A model generated the notes under the pieces. The model was not told the DNA's origin, did no database searches, and worked only from the letters and a program-made list of their open reading frames with translations. From assembly GCA_018396815.1 (NCBI GenBank), contig JAGTQY010000003.1, forward strand, positions 69,481 through 133,480: DNA of 64,000 nucleotides, written 5' to 3'. This document shows, one piece after another, positions 28,402 through 38,639 of this stretch (position 1 is its first letter; each line of letters opens with the position of its first letter). A program made the position numbers and the translations under genes. This DNA is from Candidatus Bathyarchaeota archaeon. GTDB lineage: Archaea; Thermoproteota; Bathyarchaeia; 40CM-2-53-6; DTDX01.

Positions 28402-29420
28402 ACTCCTGTCTTTAATAAATTTAATTTAATATCTATTAAATCTCTAATTATTGCGCTTGCTGTTTCTTTGCCGCCTGCACCTTTCCCAACTATAGTTATT
28501 TCTCCTGAATCTTCAACATTAAATGTTACAGCATTTAGGGTTCCGCTTACGCATAATGGATTTAAACTTGAAATCTCCATTGGTTTAACAAACGCTTCAT
28601 CGTTTACTTCCCCAATTAATTTAATTACGTTTCCCCTTTTTTTAGCTTCGCTTACATCTTTTAAAGTTACATTTTTTATTCCTTCTATTTTAACATCTTT
28701 AATTGAAATTCTTTTATTCATAATCCAATTTGCTATTATAACAAGTTTACAGGCAGTATCTATCCCTTCAATATCGTAAGATGGGTCTGCTTCAGCATAA
28801 CCAAGTTTTTGAGCTTCTTTTAAAGCCTCTTCTAATGAAACTCCCTCTTCATACATTTTCGTAAGAATATAATTTGTTGTTCCATTTAATATTCCTTTAA
28901 CTAAAAGAATTTTTTCACCAATTAAACATTTTTTAGCTAAATCAAGTACTGGTGTTCCACCACCTACCGCTCCACTAAACCTTAAAAATACTTTATTGTA
29001 ACTTGCTAGGTCCATTAAAGCTGGTAAAGCTAAGGCTAACGGTCCTTTATTAGCTGTTACAACATGCATTCCTTTTTTAAGTGCAGCTTCTATATGGGAT
29101 AACCCAGGTTGTCCATCTTTAATGTTTGTTGGAGTTAACTCAATCATTACATCGCTTTCCATTTCATTAATCACTTCGATAGCTTTCACATTTTTAACTC
29201 CATACTTTTCATCTGAAGCAACAGTTCCTCCATTTATATCAGCTTTAAAAGCTAAAGTTAAATCTAGTCCTTCAGGATTTATTAATGCGCCTCCTCGATC
29301 AACTATAGCAATAACTTCTGGTCTAAACCCATAATTTTTAATTAATTCTTCTTTCTTTCTCATTAAAGTTTCTGTAAGCGCTTTTCCTACAGTTCCAAAT
29401 CCTATAATAATAATTTTCAT
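28398..29420 (-). CDS. hom: Homoserine dehydrogenase.
   Basis: N-terminal Rossmann fold (IIIGFGTVG) plus the HSDH catalytic domain. 4-nt overlap with the aspartate kinase gene. Confidence 0.85.
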   Translation of the reverse strand: MKIIIIGFGTVGKALTETLMRKKEELIKNYGFRPEVIAIVDRGGALINPEGLDLTLAFKADINGGTVASDEKYGVKNVKAIEVINEMESDVMIELTPTNIKDGQPGLSHIEAALKKGMHVVTANKGPLALALPALMDLASYNKVFLRFSGAVGGGTPVLDLAKKCLIGEKILLVKGILNGTTNYILTKMYEEGVSLEEALKEAQKLGYAEADPSYDIEGIDTACKLVIIANWIMNKRISIKDVKIEGIKNVTLKDVSEAKKRGNVIKLIGEVNDEAFVKPMEISSLNPLCVSGTLNAVTFNVEDSGEITIVGKGAGGKETASAIIRDLIDIKLNLLKTGV

Positions 29421-30656
29421 TTATAACATTCCTTCTAAAACTTTTTTTAAATTCTCAATTTTTGGAGAAACATTAATTAATGGTTCATTACAAGTTTTAA
29501 TTACGACATCTGGATCTTTTAATCCATGCCCAGTTGTTATACAAACAATATTTTCATTTTTATCTATTTGACCATTTTCTAAAAGTTTTTTTAAACCTGC
29601 TATTGAAGCTGCACTTGCAGGTTCAACAAATATTCCTTCTTTTCTAGCCAAAAGTTTTTGGGCTTCTATAATTTCATTATCATTAACTGTCTCTAATAAT
29701 CCACTAGAGTTCTTAACAGCTTTTAAAGCTTTTTTCCAGCTTGCAGGTGCGCCTATCTTTATTGCAGTAGCAATTGTTTCTGGATTTGTAATAATCGAAA
29801 TTTCATTTTTTCCTTCTTTAAAAGCTTTAGCTAAGGGTGCTGCTTTTTCAGCTTGAATCCCAATCATCCGTGGAACCTTTTGAATTAACTCCAAATTTTT
29901 AAATTCATTAAAACCCTTCCAAACAGCACTTATGTTTCCTGCATTTCCAACTGGAAGTATAACAACGTCAGGGGCTTCATAATTTAATTGACTGCAAATC
30001 TCCATAGCTAGAGTTTTTTGGCCTTCTATTCTAAATGGGTTAATAGAATTTAAAAGACAAATTTGTGGATAATACTCTATTAACTTTCTCACAGCTTTTA
30101 AAGCATCATCAAAATTTCCATTTACTTGAATTATTTTAGCGCCATGAATTATTGCTTGAACCATTTTTCCTAATGCGACTTTTCCTTCAGGAACAAAAAT
30201 AATACTTTTAATATTTGCTTTAGCTGCATATGCAGCTAATGAAGCTGAAGTATTCCCTGTAGAAGCACATGCAACAATTTTAACATTTTTCTCTAAAGCT
30301 TTAGATATAGCAACAGTCATTCCTCTATCTTTAAATGATCCTGTTGGATTCTCTCCCTCATTTTTCACAAGCAAATTTTTTATATTAAAAAGTTTGCATA
30401 AATTTTTGCATTTATGAAGCGTTGTGCCCCCTTCGCCAAGAGAAACAATTTTAGATGAATCTTTAATTGGTAAAAGTTCTCTATATCTCCAAACAGATAA
30501 AGCACGTTTTTCAAATTTTTCTTTAGAAATAACTTTTTTTAATTCCTCAATATTATAAATAATTTCAAGCAAATCATTGCATTTAGGGCAATAATACTCA
30601 ACATTTTCAGATTCAAATTTAAATCCGCAATTTATGCAGTTAAAAAGGTAATTCAA
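29421..30656 (-). CDS. thrC: Threonine synthase.
   Basis: N-terminal zinc ribbon (CINCG...CPKC) and the PLP-lysine motif (TGSFKDRG). Confidence 0.85.
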   Translation of the reverse strand: MNYLFNCINCGFKFESENVEYYCPKCNDLLEIIYNIEELKKVISKEKFEKRALSVWRYRELLPIKDSSKIVSLGEGGTTLHKCKNLCKLFNIKNLLVKNEGENPTGSFKDRGMTVAISKALEKNVKIVACASTGNTSASLAAYAAKANIKSIIFVPEGKVALGKMVQAIIHGAKIIQVNGNFDDALKAVRKLIEYYPQICLLNSINPFRIEGQKTLAMEICSQLNYEAPDVVILPVGNAGNISAVWKGFNEFKNLELIQKVPRMIGIQAEKAAPLAKAFKEGKNEISIITNPETIATAIKIGAPASWKKALKAVKNSSGLLETVNDNEIIEAQKLLARKEGIFVEPASAASIAGLKKLLENGQIDKNENIVCITTGHGLKDPDVVIKTCNEPLINVSPKIENLKKVLEGML

Positions 30657-30747
30657 AGCTTTTTAACGCTCCAAGTTTCAATTTTTTAAACGAAACAAAA
30701 ACCAAATATTTAAGTATTCAATAAGATTCAGGTTAAAAATTAAAATT

Positions 30748-31569
30748 TTATGTTTTTACAGTGTTTACTAAAACTTTATGAAAATCCTCAGTTTTAGCTG
30801 CAATTATATTAAATCCTTTTTTAACATCTTTTAAGGAGGCTTTAATAGACGTACCATTTAAGCTTGAAATTACGCCTCCAGCTTCTTCAAGAATAACTTT
30901 TCCAGCGGCAAAATCTACAATTCTCGCTTTTTTTCTTGCATCAATTACTCCATCTAACCTTCCTAAAGCTGTATAACAAAGCTCTAAAGCTAAACTGCCT
31001 AAAACTCTAATTTTAAATTCTTTAAGCAAGCTTAAAAAAACTTTTATTGATAATACGTTATTACCATATGTATATAAACTGATTAATGGTTTATCTTTTT
31101 CATAAAACACTTTTTCATTAATAATTTTTTTATTATTATAGTATGCGCCTTCTCCTTTCACAGCATAAAATAAATCTCCTCTCAAAACATCTTTTACAAC
31201 GCCTATAAATAAATCGTTTAACTGCAAATATTCATTAAATTTTCCAGCAGCTATAGATATAGAGTAAAATGGAATTGAATTGACAAAGTTTCTTGTTCCA
31301 TCAAGTGGATCAACAACTATCATTAACTCTGGTTTTATTTTTTCACCTATTTTTTTGAGTGGTGTTTCTTCACTAACTAAATAAGCTTCTATACCTTCAT
31401 TTTTTAAGCTTTCCTCAATTTTTTCTTCAGCAATTAAATCAACTTTTCTAGTTAAATCAGAATTTTTCTCCTTTACGATAATTTTAGATTCTTTATTTTT
31501 TATGCATTGTAAAATTGCTTCTTGAGCTTGATTAATTGCATAAATTATGGAATCTAAATAATTATTCAT
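30748..31569 (-). CDS. Inositol monophosphatase/fructose-1,6-bisphosphatase family protein.
   Basis: DPLDGT and WDxAAG-like motifs (VVDPLDGTRNF, DFAAGKVI). Confidence 0.7.
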   Translation of the reverse strand: MNNYLDSIIYAINQAQEAILQCIKNKESKIIVKEKNSDLTRKVDLIAEEKIEESLKNEGIEAYLVSEETPLKKIGEKIKPELMIVVDPLDGTRNFVNSIPFYSISIAAGKFNEYLQLNDLFIGVVKDVLRGDLFYAVKGEGAYYNNKKIINEKVFYEKDKPLISLYTYGNNVLSIKVFLSLLKEFKIRVLGSLALELCYTALGRLDGVIDARKKARIVDFAAGKVILEEAGGVISSLNGTSIKASLKDVKKGFNIIAAKTEDFHKVLVNTVKT

Positions 31570-31637
31570 TCTTAATCAAAAATTATCAACATACCTCCTT
31601 AAATTAAAGTTTTCCTAAATTAATTTGGGAGACAATT

Positions 31638-32183
31638 TTGGTTGGATGGGCTATTTGGATAACAGGTTTACCTGGTTCAGGAAAATCTACAATAGCTAAT
31701 GAATTAAGTAAAAAACTTAAAAAATTAAGTATTCCTTTTCAACTTCTTTCAATAGAGATGATTCGAAAAGTTTTAACTCCTAACCCTTCTTATACTGAAG
31801 AAGAAAGAAAAATGGTTTATGCAGCTTTAGTTTTTATAGCTGAGCTTTTAACTAGAAATGGTGTAAACGTTATAATTGATGCTACGGGAAATAAACGAGC
31901 ATATAGAGATAAAGCTAGAAAAAGAATTAAGAAATTTATGGAGGTTTATATTAAATGTCCATTAAAAATCTGTATGGAACGAGAAATGCATAGGAAAAAA
32001 ACATATGGTGCACCTAAAGGAATTTATAAAAAAGCTTTAACTGGAAAAAGCTTAACTGTTCCAGGTGTTGGAGTTGTTTATGAAGCTCCCTTAAAACCAG
32101 AAATTATAATTGATTCAGTTAAGTTAACACCTAAGAGCGCTGCAGAAAAAATACTTAATAAAATAATGGAGAAGTGGTGTTAA
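31638..32183 (+). CDS. P-loop kinase, adenylylsulfate-kinase-like.
   Basis: Walker A ITGLPGSGKST plus an (F/Y)SEEER motif resembling the APS-kinase FS.EDR. Confidence 0.45.
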   Translation: MVGWAIWITGLPGSGKSTIANELSKKLKKLSIPFQLLSIEMIRKVLTPNPSYTEEERKMVYAALVFIAELLTRNGVNVIIDATGNKRAYRDKARKRIKKFMEVYIKCPLKICMEREMHRKKTYGAPKGIYKKALTGKSLTVPGVGVVYEAPLKPEIIIDSVKLTPKSAAEKILNKIMEKWC

Positions 32184-32187
32184 TTTA

Positions 32188-33279
32188 TTGTTAAACCGTG
32201 AGAAACTAGAGAAATATCTCTCTAGTATTTATAAATCCAAAATTAAAATTGAAAGGATATCGTTATTAAGTGAAAAGGAAGAAATAGAGAAAGGAGCAGT
32301 TAATGAAGGAGTTAAAGCGTTTGGTTATGGAAAACCATATTTAATTGAGTTTAGAATAAATAAAGAAAAGAAGATCATTGTTTTAGAAACAATGAAAGGT
32401 GATAGTTTTGGGCATGAATTCTCCTACGATAGAGCTCATGCGCTTTTATTTGCTTATTCAACCTACAATAAGCTTCCTAAACATGCTAAATCTATAGACA
32501 TTGGAGTTTTCATGAAAAATGGTGAATTAACCTCGCTTAAAGATTATGATGAATTCTTTATTTTAATGAATAAAGTTGAGGGTACTCCATACTATAAGGA
32601 TCTAGAGAGAATTCTTAAAGAAAAAAATTTAACTCAACTAGATGAACTTAAAGCCGAAGCTCTATCAAATTATCTAGTTGAGATTCACTCATTAAAGTTT
32701 AGTGCTCCAAACCTTTATAAAAGACGTCTTAGAGAGCTTTTTGGTCATGGAGAATGTATAATGGGTCTTATCGATAATTATCCAGAGGGATACGTTAAGA
32801 AAGAAAATTTCTATTTAATAGCTGAGAAATGCTTCAAGCATATTTGGAGAATCCGAGAAAAAACTTATCGTTTGTGCCAGGTTCATGGGGATTTTCACCC
32901 TTGGAACATTCTTTTTAGAGGAGGAGTAGATTTCACAGTGTTAGATAGAAGTAGAGGTGAATGGGGTGAAGCTGCTGATGATTTAGCTGCAATGAGTATA
33001 AATTACATTTTCTTTTCTCTTCAAGCATTTGGTGAATTAAAAGGTGCTTTTGAAAAGCTTTACTTAAGGTTCATGGAAAATTACTTAATTAAAACTGGAG
33101 ATGAAGAAATTTTAGAAGTTATTCAACCTTTTTATGCTTGGAGATGTTTGGTGTTAGCAAATCCAATTTGGTATCCAAATTTAAACATGAAAATCAGACA
33201 GAAAATATTCAACTTTATTTTTAACGTTCTTGAAACCGAAAAATTTAGTATAAAGGATGTTAACTCTTATTTAACTTGA
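32188..33279 (+). CDS. Aminoglycoside/choline-kinase-like phosphotransferase (APH fold).
   Basis: Brenner motif HGDFHPWNILF and a DF/DW metal loop (DFTVLDRSRGEWGEAADDLA). Confidence 0.55.
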   Translation: MLNREKLEKYLSSIYKSKIKIERISLLSEKEEIEKGAVNEGVKAFGYGKPYLIEFRINKEKKIIVLETMKGDSFGHEFSYDRAHALLFAYSTYNKLPKHAKSIDIGVFMKNGELTSLKDYDEFFILMNKVEGTPYYKDLERILKEKNLTQLDELKAEALSNYLVEIHSLKFSAPNLYKRRLRELFGHGECIMGLIDNYPEGYVKKENFYLIAEKCFKHIWRIREKTYRLCQVHGDFHPWNILFRGGVDFTVLDRSRGEWGEAADDLAAMSINYIFFSLQAFGELKGAFEKLYLRFMENYLIKTGDEEILEVIQPFYAWRCLVLANPIWYPNLNMKIRQKIFNFIFNVLETEKFSIKDVNSYLT

Positions 33280-34376
33280 TGAGCATAAACAAACGTTTTA
33301 AATTCTTCACTTAATTCATTTATTATAAGCTTTAGTAATTGATCTATATTTTCTCCTGTTTTAGCGCTTATAAAAACAATTTTAACACCTAAAAATTTTC
33401 TTTTAATAATTTTCTCAATTTCTTTGAGCTTTTCTTCATTAACTAAATCGATTTTATTTACGCAAATAATCATTTTAGAGCTAGCGCCTATACGCCTAAG
33501 TATCTGATCTGAAGTATTTATTTTTCTAGTTAATGCTTCAAAATCATCGCTCGCATCAATAAATAATAAAATTAAATCTGCATTTGCAATTTCATTTAAG
33601 GTAGCATTAAATGCATCGAGAATTATAGGGTGCATATCCTCAATAAACCCTATTGAATCTATAAGAATAAAATCAAAATCATTTACTTTTCTAGCAAATG
33701 TTGATAAAGTTGTGAATGGGCCTAATCCAACGCTTTTATTTTCAGATGCTAACCTATTGAAAAAGGTTGTTTTTCCACTTTGAGTATAACCTGCTAAAGC
33801 TACTATTGGATAACCTAATTCATGTCTCCTCTTGCGTAAAGCATCTTTTTTTGATCTAATTTCTTCAAGCTTCCTTTTTATTCTACTTATTCTTTGTTTA
33901 GCTGCCTTTTCATAGTCGCTAAACGGGTAATCTCCAGGGCCACTCCATCCAACTTGCTCATTTAAGATTCCTTTAAGCTTAAGGTATTCTTTACCCCAAG
34001 AAAAAGTATACTTAAGTTTAGCAAGCTTTATTTGAAGTTTAGCCTCGCTACTTAAAGCTCTACTTTTGAAAAGTTCTAAAATTAACAAGTTTCTATCGAT
34101 TACTTCCACATCATATCCTAATTCCTTCTTTATTTTAAATGCTTGAGCGCTTGAAAGAGTATTACAGAAAACCACAAGATTAACTTCCTTTTCTTTAATA
34201 ATCTTTTTTAATTCATGAAGTTTTCCTTTTCCAATACAATAAGAATGATTAATACTGTTTCTTTTTTGAATTATTCTATCAACAATTCTATAACCTAAAG
34301 TCTCAACCATTTCTGAAACTTCATCTACTCTTGAAGGTAGCTTAGGGAGTTTACACTCCACTATAATTACGTTCAT
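33267..34376 (-). CDS. hflX: GTPase HflX.
   Basis: N-terminal HflX domain plus G1 (GYTQSGKTT), G3 (DSIGF) and G4 (NKID) motifs. Confidence 0.8.
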   Translation of the reverse strand: MNVIIVECKLPKLPSRVDEVSEMVETLGYRIVDRIIQKRNSINHSYCIGKGKLHELKKIIKEKEVNLVVFCNTLSSAQAFKIKKELGYDVEVIDRNLLILELFKSRALSSEAKLQIKLAKLKYTFSWGKEYLKLKGILNEQVGWSGPGDYPFSDYEKAAKQRISRIKRKLEEIRSKKDALRKRRHELGYPIVALAGYTQSGKTTFFNRLASENKSVGLGPFTTLSTFARKVNDFDFILIDSIGFIEDMHPIILDAFNATLNEIANADLILLFIDASDDFEALTRKINTSDQILRRIGASSKMIICVNKIDLVNEEKLKEIEKIIKRKFLGVKIVFISAKTGENIDQLLKLIINELSEEFKTFVYAHQVK

Positions 34377-34689
34377 GTTTTTCCACGAATTTATAAATAT
34401 ACATCATATTGCAAATTTAAAATTAAGTGTAATCCTTAATATTTAATTTCTGTTTTTAAAATCATTTATATAAGCTTTATGCATTTTTAATCATTCAACG
34501 TCATTATTCCTTATTACTAATTGCTATATTCTTTAACTTTACAGTATAGTAATTAATAAAAAAGGAATTGTGCTTAAATGTAAACCTTATTTGGGTTAAA
34601 ATTTAAATACAACTATAGAAACTATTTTACTATATAGCTAAAAATGTTTTATTAAGATTATATTGCAAGAAGAACTTAGATGTAGAGGG

Positions 34690-35709
34690 ATGCAGAAAAT
34701 GCTAAACGCATTTACACTACTTATCTTAACCGTAATTATAGCGTTAATTTTTGATTTAGCTAATGGATGGCATGATGGTGCAAATTCTATTTCAGTAATA
34801 GTTTACACTGGTGGACTAAGGCCTCATCCTGCTGTTGTTATGTCTGCAATCTTTAATTTCGTAGGTCCATTTGTTGTTGGAACAACAGTTGCAAAAACAA
34901 TAGGAACTGAAGTAATTCCTGAAGGAAAAATTACAACTGTGATAATCCTTGCAGCTCTTATAAGCGCTATCACTTGGGATATTTTAACTTGGGTTTGGGG
35001 GCTACCTGTAAGTTCAAGTCATGCATTAATAGGTGGATTAGTAGGCGCTGGAGTGGCGAGTTACGGAATTTATGGAGTAAAATGGTATGGTTTAATTGAG
35101 AAAGTTATAATTCCTTTAGCAACAAGTCCTTTAATAGGATTATTTATAGGATTTTTAGCTATGAAAGGTTTATCTAAACTTAAAAACAAGTTTAGCAATC
35201 CAAACAAACTTGATAAATACTTTAATCATTCACAAATTCCCTTAGCTGCTTTTCTAAGTCTCAGTCATGGCGCTAATGACGCTCAAAAAACTATGGGCAT
35301 AATTGCTATGGTTCTTGCAGCATATTACGCTATTCCTTTTCATGTTCCTATGTGGGTTATGGTTTCCTGCGCTATGGCTATGGCGGTAGGAACATACTTG
35401 GACATAAAAATCTGGAGAATAGTGAAAACTTTAGGAGAAAAAGTAACTCATTTAGAACCTATTCATGGGTGTTCAGCGAATCTTTCCTCTTCATTAATTA
35501 TCTTTCTAGCCTCTCTACTAGGTGCACCAGTTAGTACTACGCATGTGGTAACTTCCTCTATTGCAGGCGTAGGAGTTGCTTCAGGTCTTTCAAGAGTTAA
35601 TTGGAGAGTATTTAGGGATGTTATATTAGCTTGGGTTACTACATTGCCTTTTTGCATAGGATTTAGTGCTTTAACCTATATTTCACTTATAAAAATATTT
35701 CACTTTTAG
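34690..35709 (+). CDS. Inorganic phosphate transporter (PiT family).
   Basis: Duplicated GANDAQKT/GWHDGANS PiT signature. ATG at 34690 is preferred over the TTG at 34663. Confidence 0.8.
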   Translation: MQKMLNAFTLLILTVIIALIFDLANGWHDGANSISVIVYTGGLRPHPAVVMSAIFNFVGPFVVGTTVAKTIGTEVIPEGKITTVIILAALISAITWDILTWVWGLPVSSSHALIGGLVGAGVASYGIYGVKWYGLIEKVIIPLATSPLIGLFIGFLAMKGLSKLKNKFSNPNKLDKYFNHSQIPLAAFLSLSHGANDAQKTMGIIAMVLAAYYAIPFHVPMWVMVSCAMAMAVGTYLDIKIWRIVKTLGEKVTHLEPIHGCSANLSSSLIIFLASLLGAPVSTTHVVTSSIAGVGVASGLSRVNWRVFRDVILAWVTTLPFCIGFSALTYISLIKIFHF

Positions 35710-35756
35710 TTTATTTATATGAATGAAAATCAATGAAATTATTGAACATTTTCCCT

Positions 35757-36458
35757 TTATTCTGAGCCAAAAAGCATTGCTGAAACTCTACTCATTATAA
35801 CTTGAATTAAATCACTGCTATCTTCAATTATATCTGATATACGTTCAATTATAGTTAATATATCTTTAAGAAATATGAATAAAGGTGCATCAATTTGGCT
35901 TCCATATTTAAAGTGTAACTCTCGTCTTATTTTAAAGTATTCTTCATCTATTAAATGTTCTATTTGTTCAACTTTAAGTTTAAGCTTGTACGCTTCATTA
36001 ACGTTTGTAGCTATTTTATTTAAGCTCAAACTATAAGCATCTATTTCATCTATTACATTTCCAACTAAGCTTGCGTAATTTTTTAAAAGTTCTTTTGGAA
36101 TTCTTTCTTTAGCATCAAGCTTAATAAGTTTAAGAATTAATGCCGCGTCTTTTGTTAAATCAATAATTTTTTCATGTCTCCATAATAATTGAAGTGTGTC
36201 TTCTCTATCTATTGGTGGAAGTTTACCTTTTTGAATCTCTCTTGCTATATTTCTAGCTAGATGATCGCATCCCTCTTCTATTAAAAAGATTTTACTCATA
36301 TTTTCGTCAGCTTCTTTATCCTTTCCTTCACTCATGTTTTCTAGAAGTTTTTTAAATTCATGTATAGCATTGTTAACTTTTGTTAAATGCTCTGAAAGAA
36401 TTTTAAGGGTATTCATTCCACCTCTTTTAGTTAACCAAATTAGAAGTTTTTCAGCCAA
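35757..36458 (-). CDS. PhoU-like/DUF47 phosphate transport regulator.
   Basis: Helical-bundle protein convergent with PiT, the conserved PiT-PhoU-like pairing. Confidence 0.65.
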   Translation of the reverse strand: MAEKLLIWLTKRGGMNTLKILSEHLTKVNNAIHEFKKLLENMSEGKDKEADENMSKIFLIEEGCDHLARNIAREIQKGKLPPIDREDTLQLLWRHEKIIDLTKDAALILKLIKLDAKERIPKELLKNYASLVGNVIDEIDAYSLSLNKIATNVNEAYKLKLKVEQIEHLIDEEYFKIRRELHFKYGSQIDAPLFIFLKDILTIIERISDIIEDSSDLIQVIMSRVSAMLFGSE

Positions 36459-36656
36459 TATTTTTCCCTCTTTGAAGACACCTTCTAATTACCTTATATA
36501 TTTTATATATCTTTCTAAAAGCTATATTTAAACTTTAAAAATTACTCTTCAATTCATTAAATTTGTTATTTTTGTTATTTATTAATTTAATAAAACTTTT
36601 AACCTATAATAAAAGCTTTCTTTAATTAATGAATCTTTTGTGGAAGTGAAGTATGT

Positions 36657-37229
36657 TTGACCTTTTTGTTTGATAAAAGAAAAAAGAAAAGTAGTTTAAT
36701 GCGATTAATTGAAAAACTTTCTATGAATAAAATTGGCGAAATTACGCTTGTGAAACTTGAGCAATTAGCTGCTAAATTCGGAATTGATGAAAAACAATTA
36801 TTAACACTTTATATTAAAACGAAAAATTTAGCTTATAGGAAAGTTTTTTCTAAAGTATCTTTTTCAGATAGAATTCTGCTTTTACCCCAATGTTTAAGAC
36901 CTAAAGATTGCTTAGCTTCCTTTAAGGAATTTAGTTATGAATGTAAAAACTGTGGAAATTGTAGGCTTGGAGAGATAATTAATCTTGCTAAAAAATTAGG
37001 TTACAAAGGAGTTTATGTTATTTCTGGAGGAAGTGTAGTCTCAAAAATATTTGAAAAAATGAAGCCTAAAGCTTGTATTGGAGTAGCTTGTTTAAAGGAA
37101 TTAGTTTTGGGGAGTTTTGTTGCTGAAAAATCTGGGGTTATAACTCAATGTGTAGCCTTATCTAAGGATGGATGTGTAAATACTGAAGTTGAATGGGGTT
37201 TTTTAAGAAAAATCATTGAATTAAGTTGA
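36657..37229 (+). CDS. DUF116 family protein.
   Basis: LLLPQCLRPKDC...CKNCGNC...ACIGVAC, the characteristic DUF116 cysteine pattern. Confidence 0.55.
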   Translation: MTFLFDKRKKKSSLMRLIEKLSMNKIGEITLVKLEQLAAKFGIDEKQLLTLYIKTKNLAYRKVFSKVSFSDRILLLPQCLRPKDCLASFKEFSYECKNCGNCRLGEIINLAKKLGYKGVYVISGGSVVSKIFEKMKPKACIGVACLKELVLGSFVAEKSGVITQCVALSKDGCVNTEVEWGFLRKIIELS

Positions 37230-37324
37230 TAGTGTACTTTTATATTTTGTAGTTTTGTCCTTCATAGAAACATTTATATAGTAGTTTTGTACTACATAAA
37301 TACAGAAGTAAAGAGGTGAAGTAA

Positions 37325-37930
37325 GTGAAGCAAACAAAACCTACAATAGAGATAAAAAATGTAGTGGCATCCGGTGATTTAAAACAACAGTTAGATCTAG
37401 ATACAATACTTAAATTTTCTCAAGGTTTCGCCTATAAACCTCGAGATTTTCCAGGAATAATATATCGATTAAAAAAGCCTAAAACATCCGTTTTAATGTT
37501 TAACTCAGGAAAAATAATTTGTACAGGAGCTAAATCAGAGAAAGAAGCTAAAAAAGCTATAATAAAAATTGTTGAAATGCTCAAACAAAATGGTTTATTG
37601 ATTCTTAATCAACCAAAAATAGAAATTCAAAATATCGTAGCTACAGGTGAACTTTCTGGAAAAATTGATTTAGAAAAAACCGCTTTCATACTAGAAAAAA
37701 CAATTTATGAGCCTGATCAATTTCCAGCTTTAATTTATAGAATGGAAAAACCTGAAGTTTCAACTCTTTTATTTGCCAGCGGAAAAATTGTTTGCGCTGG
37801 AGCAAAAAATGAAGAAGAGGCTAAATTTGCAATAACTTTTTTATCTGAAAATTTAATGAGAAAAGGGGCTATCTCCCATGAACATTTTGAAAATAAAGAA
37901 TTGATAGAACCTCAATTAATTCATGTTTAA
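37325..37930 (+). CDS. tbp: TATA-box binding protein.
   Basis: Two direct TBP repeats (IEIKNVVASGDL... and IEIQNIVATGEL...). Confidence 0.9.
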   Translation: MKQTKPTIEIKNVVASGDLKQQLDLDTILKFSQGFAYKPRDFPGIIYRLKKPKTSVLMFNSGKIICTGAKSEKEAKKAIIKIVEMLKQNGLLILNQPKIEIQNIVATGELSGKIDLEKTAFILEKTIYEPDQFPALIYRMEKPEVSTLLFASGKIVCAGAKNEEEAKFAITFLSENLMRKGAISHEHFENKELIEPQLIHV

Positions 37931-37962
37931 ATAAATTAAATAAGATTTGGAGGTGAAATTAA

Positions 37963-38058
37963 ATGGAAAAGAAAGGAATTTTATTAGGAATGGTTGGAAT
38001 TGTAGCTGCAACAGCAATAGCCCTTGTATTAGCTAGAAATAAGTTAAAAGCAAAATAA
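37963..38058 (+). CDS. Candidate 31-aa single-pass membrane peptide.
   Basis: A GGAGGTGA Shine-Dalgarno lies 7 nt upstream of the ATG. Sequence MEKKGILLGMVGIVAATAIALVLARNKLKAK, a hydrophobic core with a basic tail. Below the ORF-track size cutoff. Confidence 0.3.
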   Translation: MEKKGILLGMVGIVAATAIALVLARNKLKAK

Positions 38059-38095
38059 AAAATAAAGTAGGTTAAAACTTAATTTTTCCTTTTTT

Positions 38096-38635
38096 TTAAA
38101 TCATCATTTCTCCTAGTTTATTTAAGCATTCTTTAACTTCAGTTCTTTCAAAATCTATTAAAGGAACCATAATTTTTTTCTTATTCATCATATTAATTAT
38201 TTCTTCAATTAAAATTCCTTTTTCTTCGCTTAAAACACTGCATGTGGGGCTTCCTCTTTTACCCACTAAACCTACAACTTTAAATCCATTCTTAATATAT
38301 TCCTCAATTAAGTTTACTGCTGATTCAGCTACTTTTTTACAATAATCTCTGAACTTTGGAGTATCGATTTGAGTTTTTGAAGCTTCTCTCCTTACTAAAC
38401 CGAAAACTGCTTGTTCTGGGCATGGTAACTGGATAATTCCTACTTTATTCTTCATTAACAACTCAATAATTTCATCTATCATAGCTGGCCATATACTAGG
38501 CGTTTTTGGACCAATGCAAAGAGAGTTTGAATTAATTATGCAATGAACCAAAAATATTACTTTTCCGCTTCTTCCATTATTAATCATTTTTAATAATTTT
38601 CCCCCTTCTTCTAACATTACAAACAAGTGAATCAA
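38096..38635 (-). CDS. DUF523 family protein (TudS-like thiouracil desulfidase family).
   Basis: Conserved Cys residues including QLPCPEQ, the CPE motif typical of DUF523. Confidence 0.45.
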   Translation of the reverse strand: MIHLFVMLEEGGKLLKMINNGRSGKVIFLVHCIINSNSLCIGPKTPSIWPAMIDEIIELLMKNKVGIIQLPCPEQAVFGLVRREASKTQIDTPKFRDYCKKVAESAVNLIEEYIKNGFKVVGLVGKRGSPTCSVLSEEKGILIEEIINMMNKKKIMVPLIDFERTEVKECLNKLGEMMI

Positions 38636-38639
38636 ATAT

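Noticed and set aside
28468-29334. ORFs of 103 and 70 aa antisense to the homoserine dehydrogenase gene.
   Set aside because: Shadow frames of a confidently assigned enzyme gene.
35352-35657. Two 60-to-64-aa ORFs overlapping the 3' part of the PiT gene (one sense-shifted, one antisense).
   Set aside because: Out-of-frame or antisense overlaps of a strongly supported transporter gene.
36334-36531. 65-aa ORF antisense to the 5' end of the PhoU-like gene.
   Set aside because: Antisense shadow frame with no motif.
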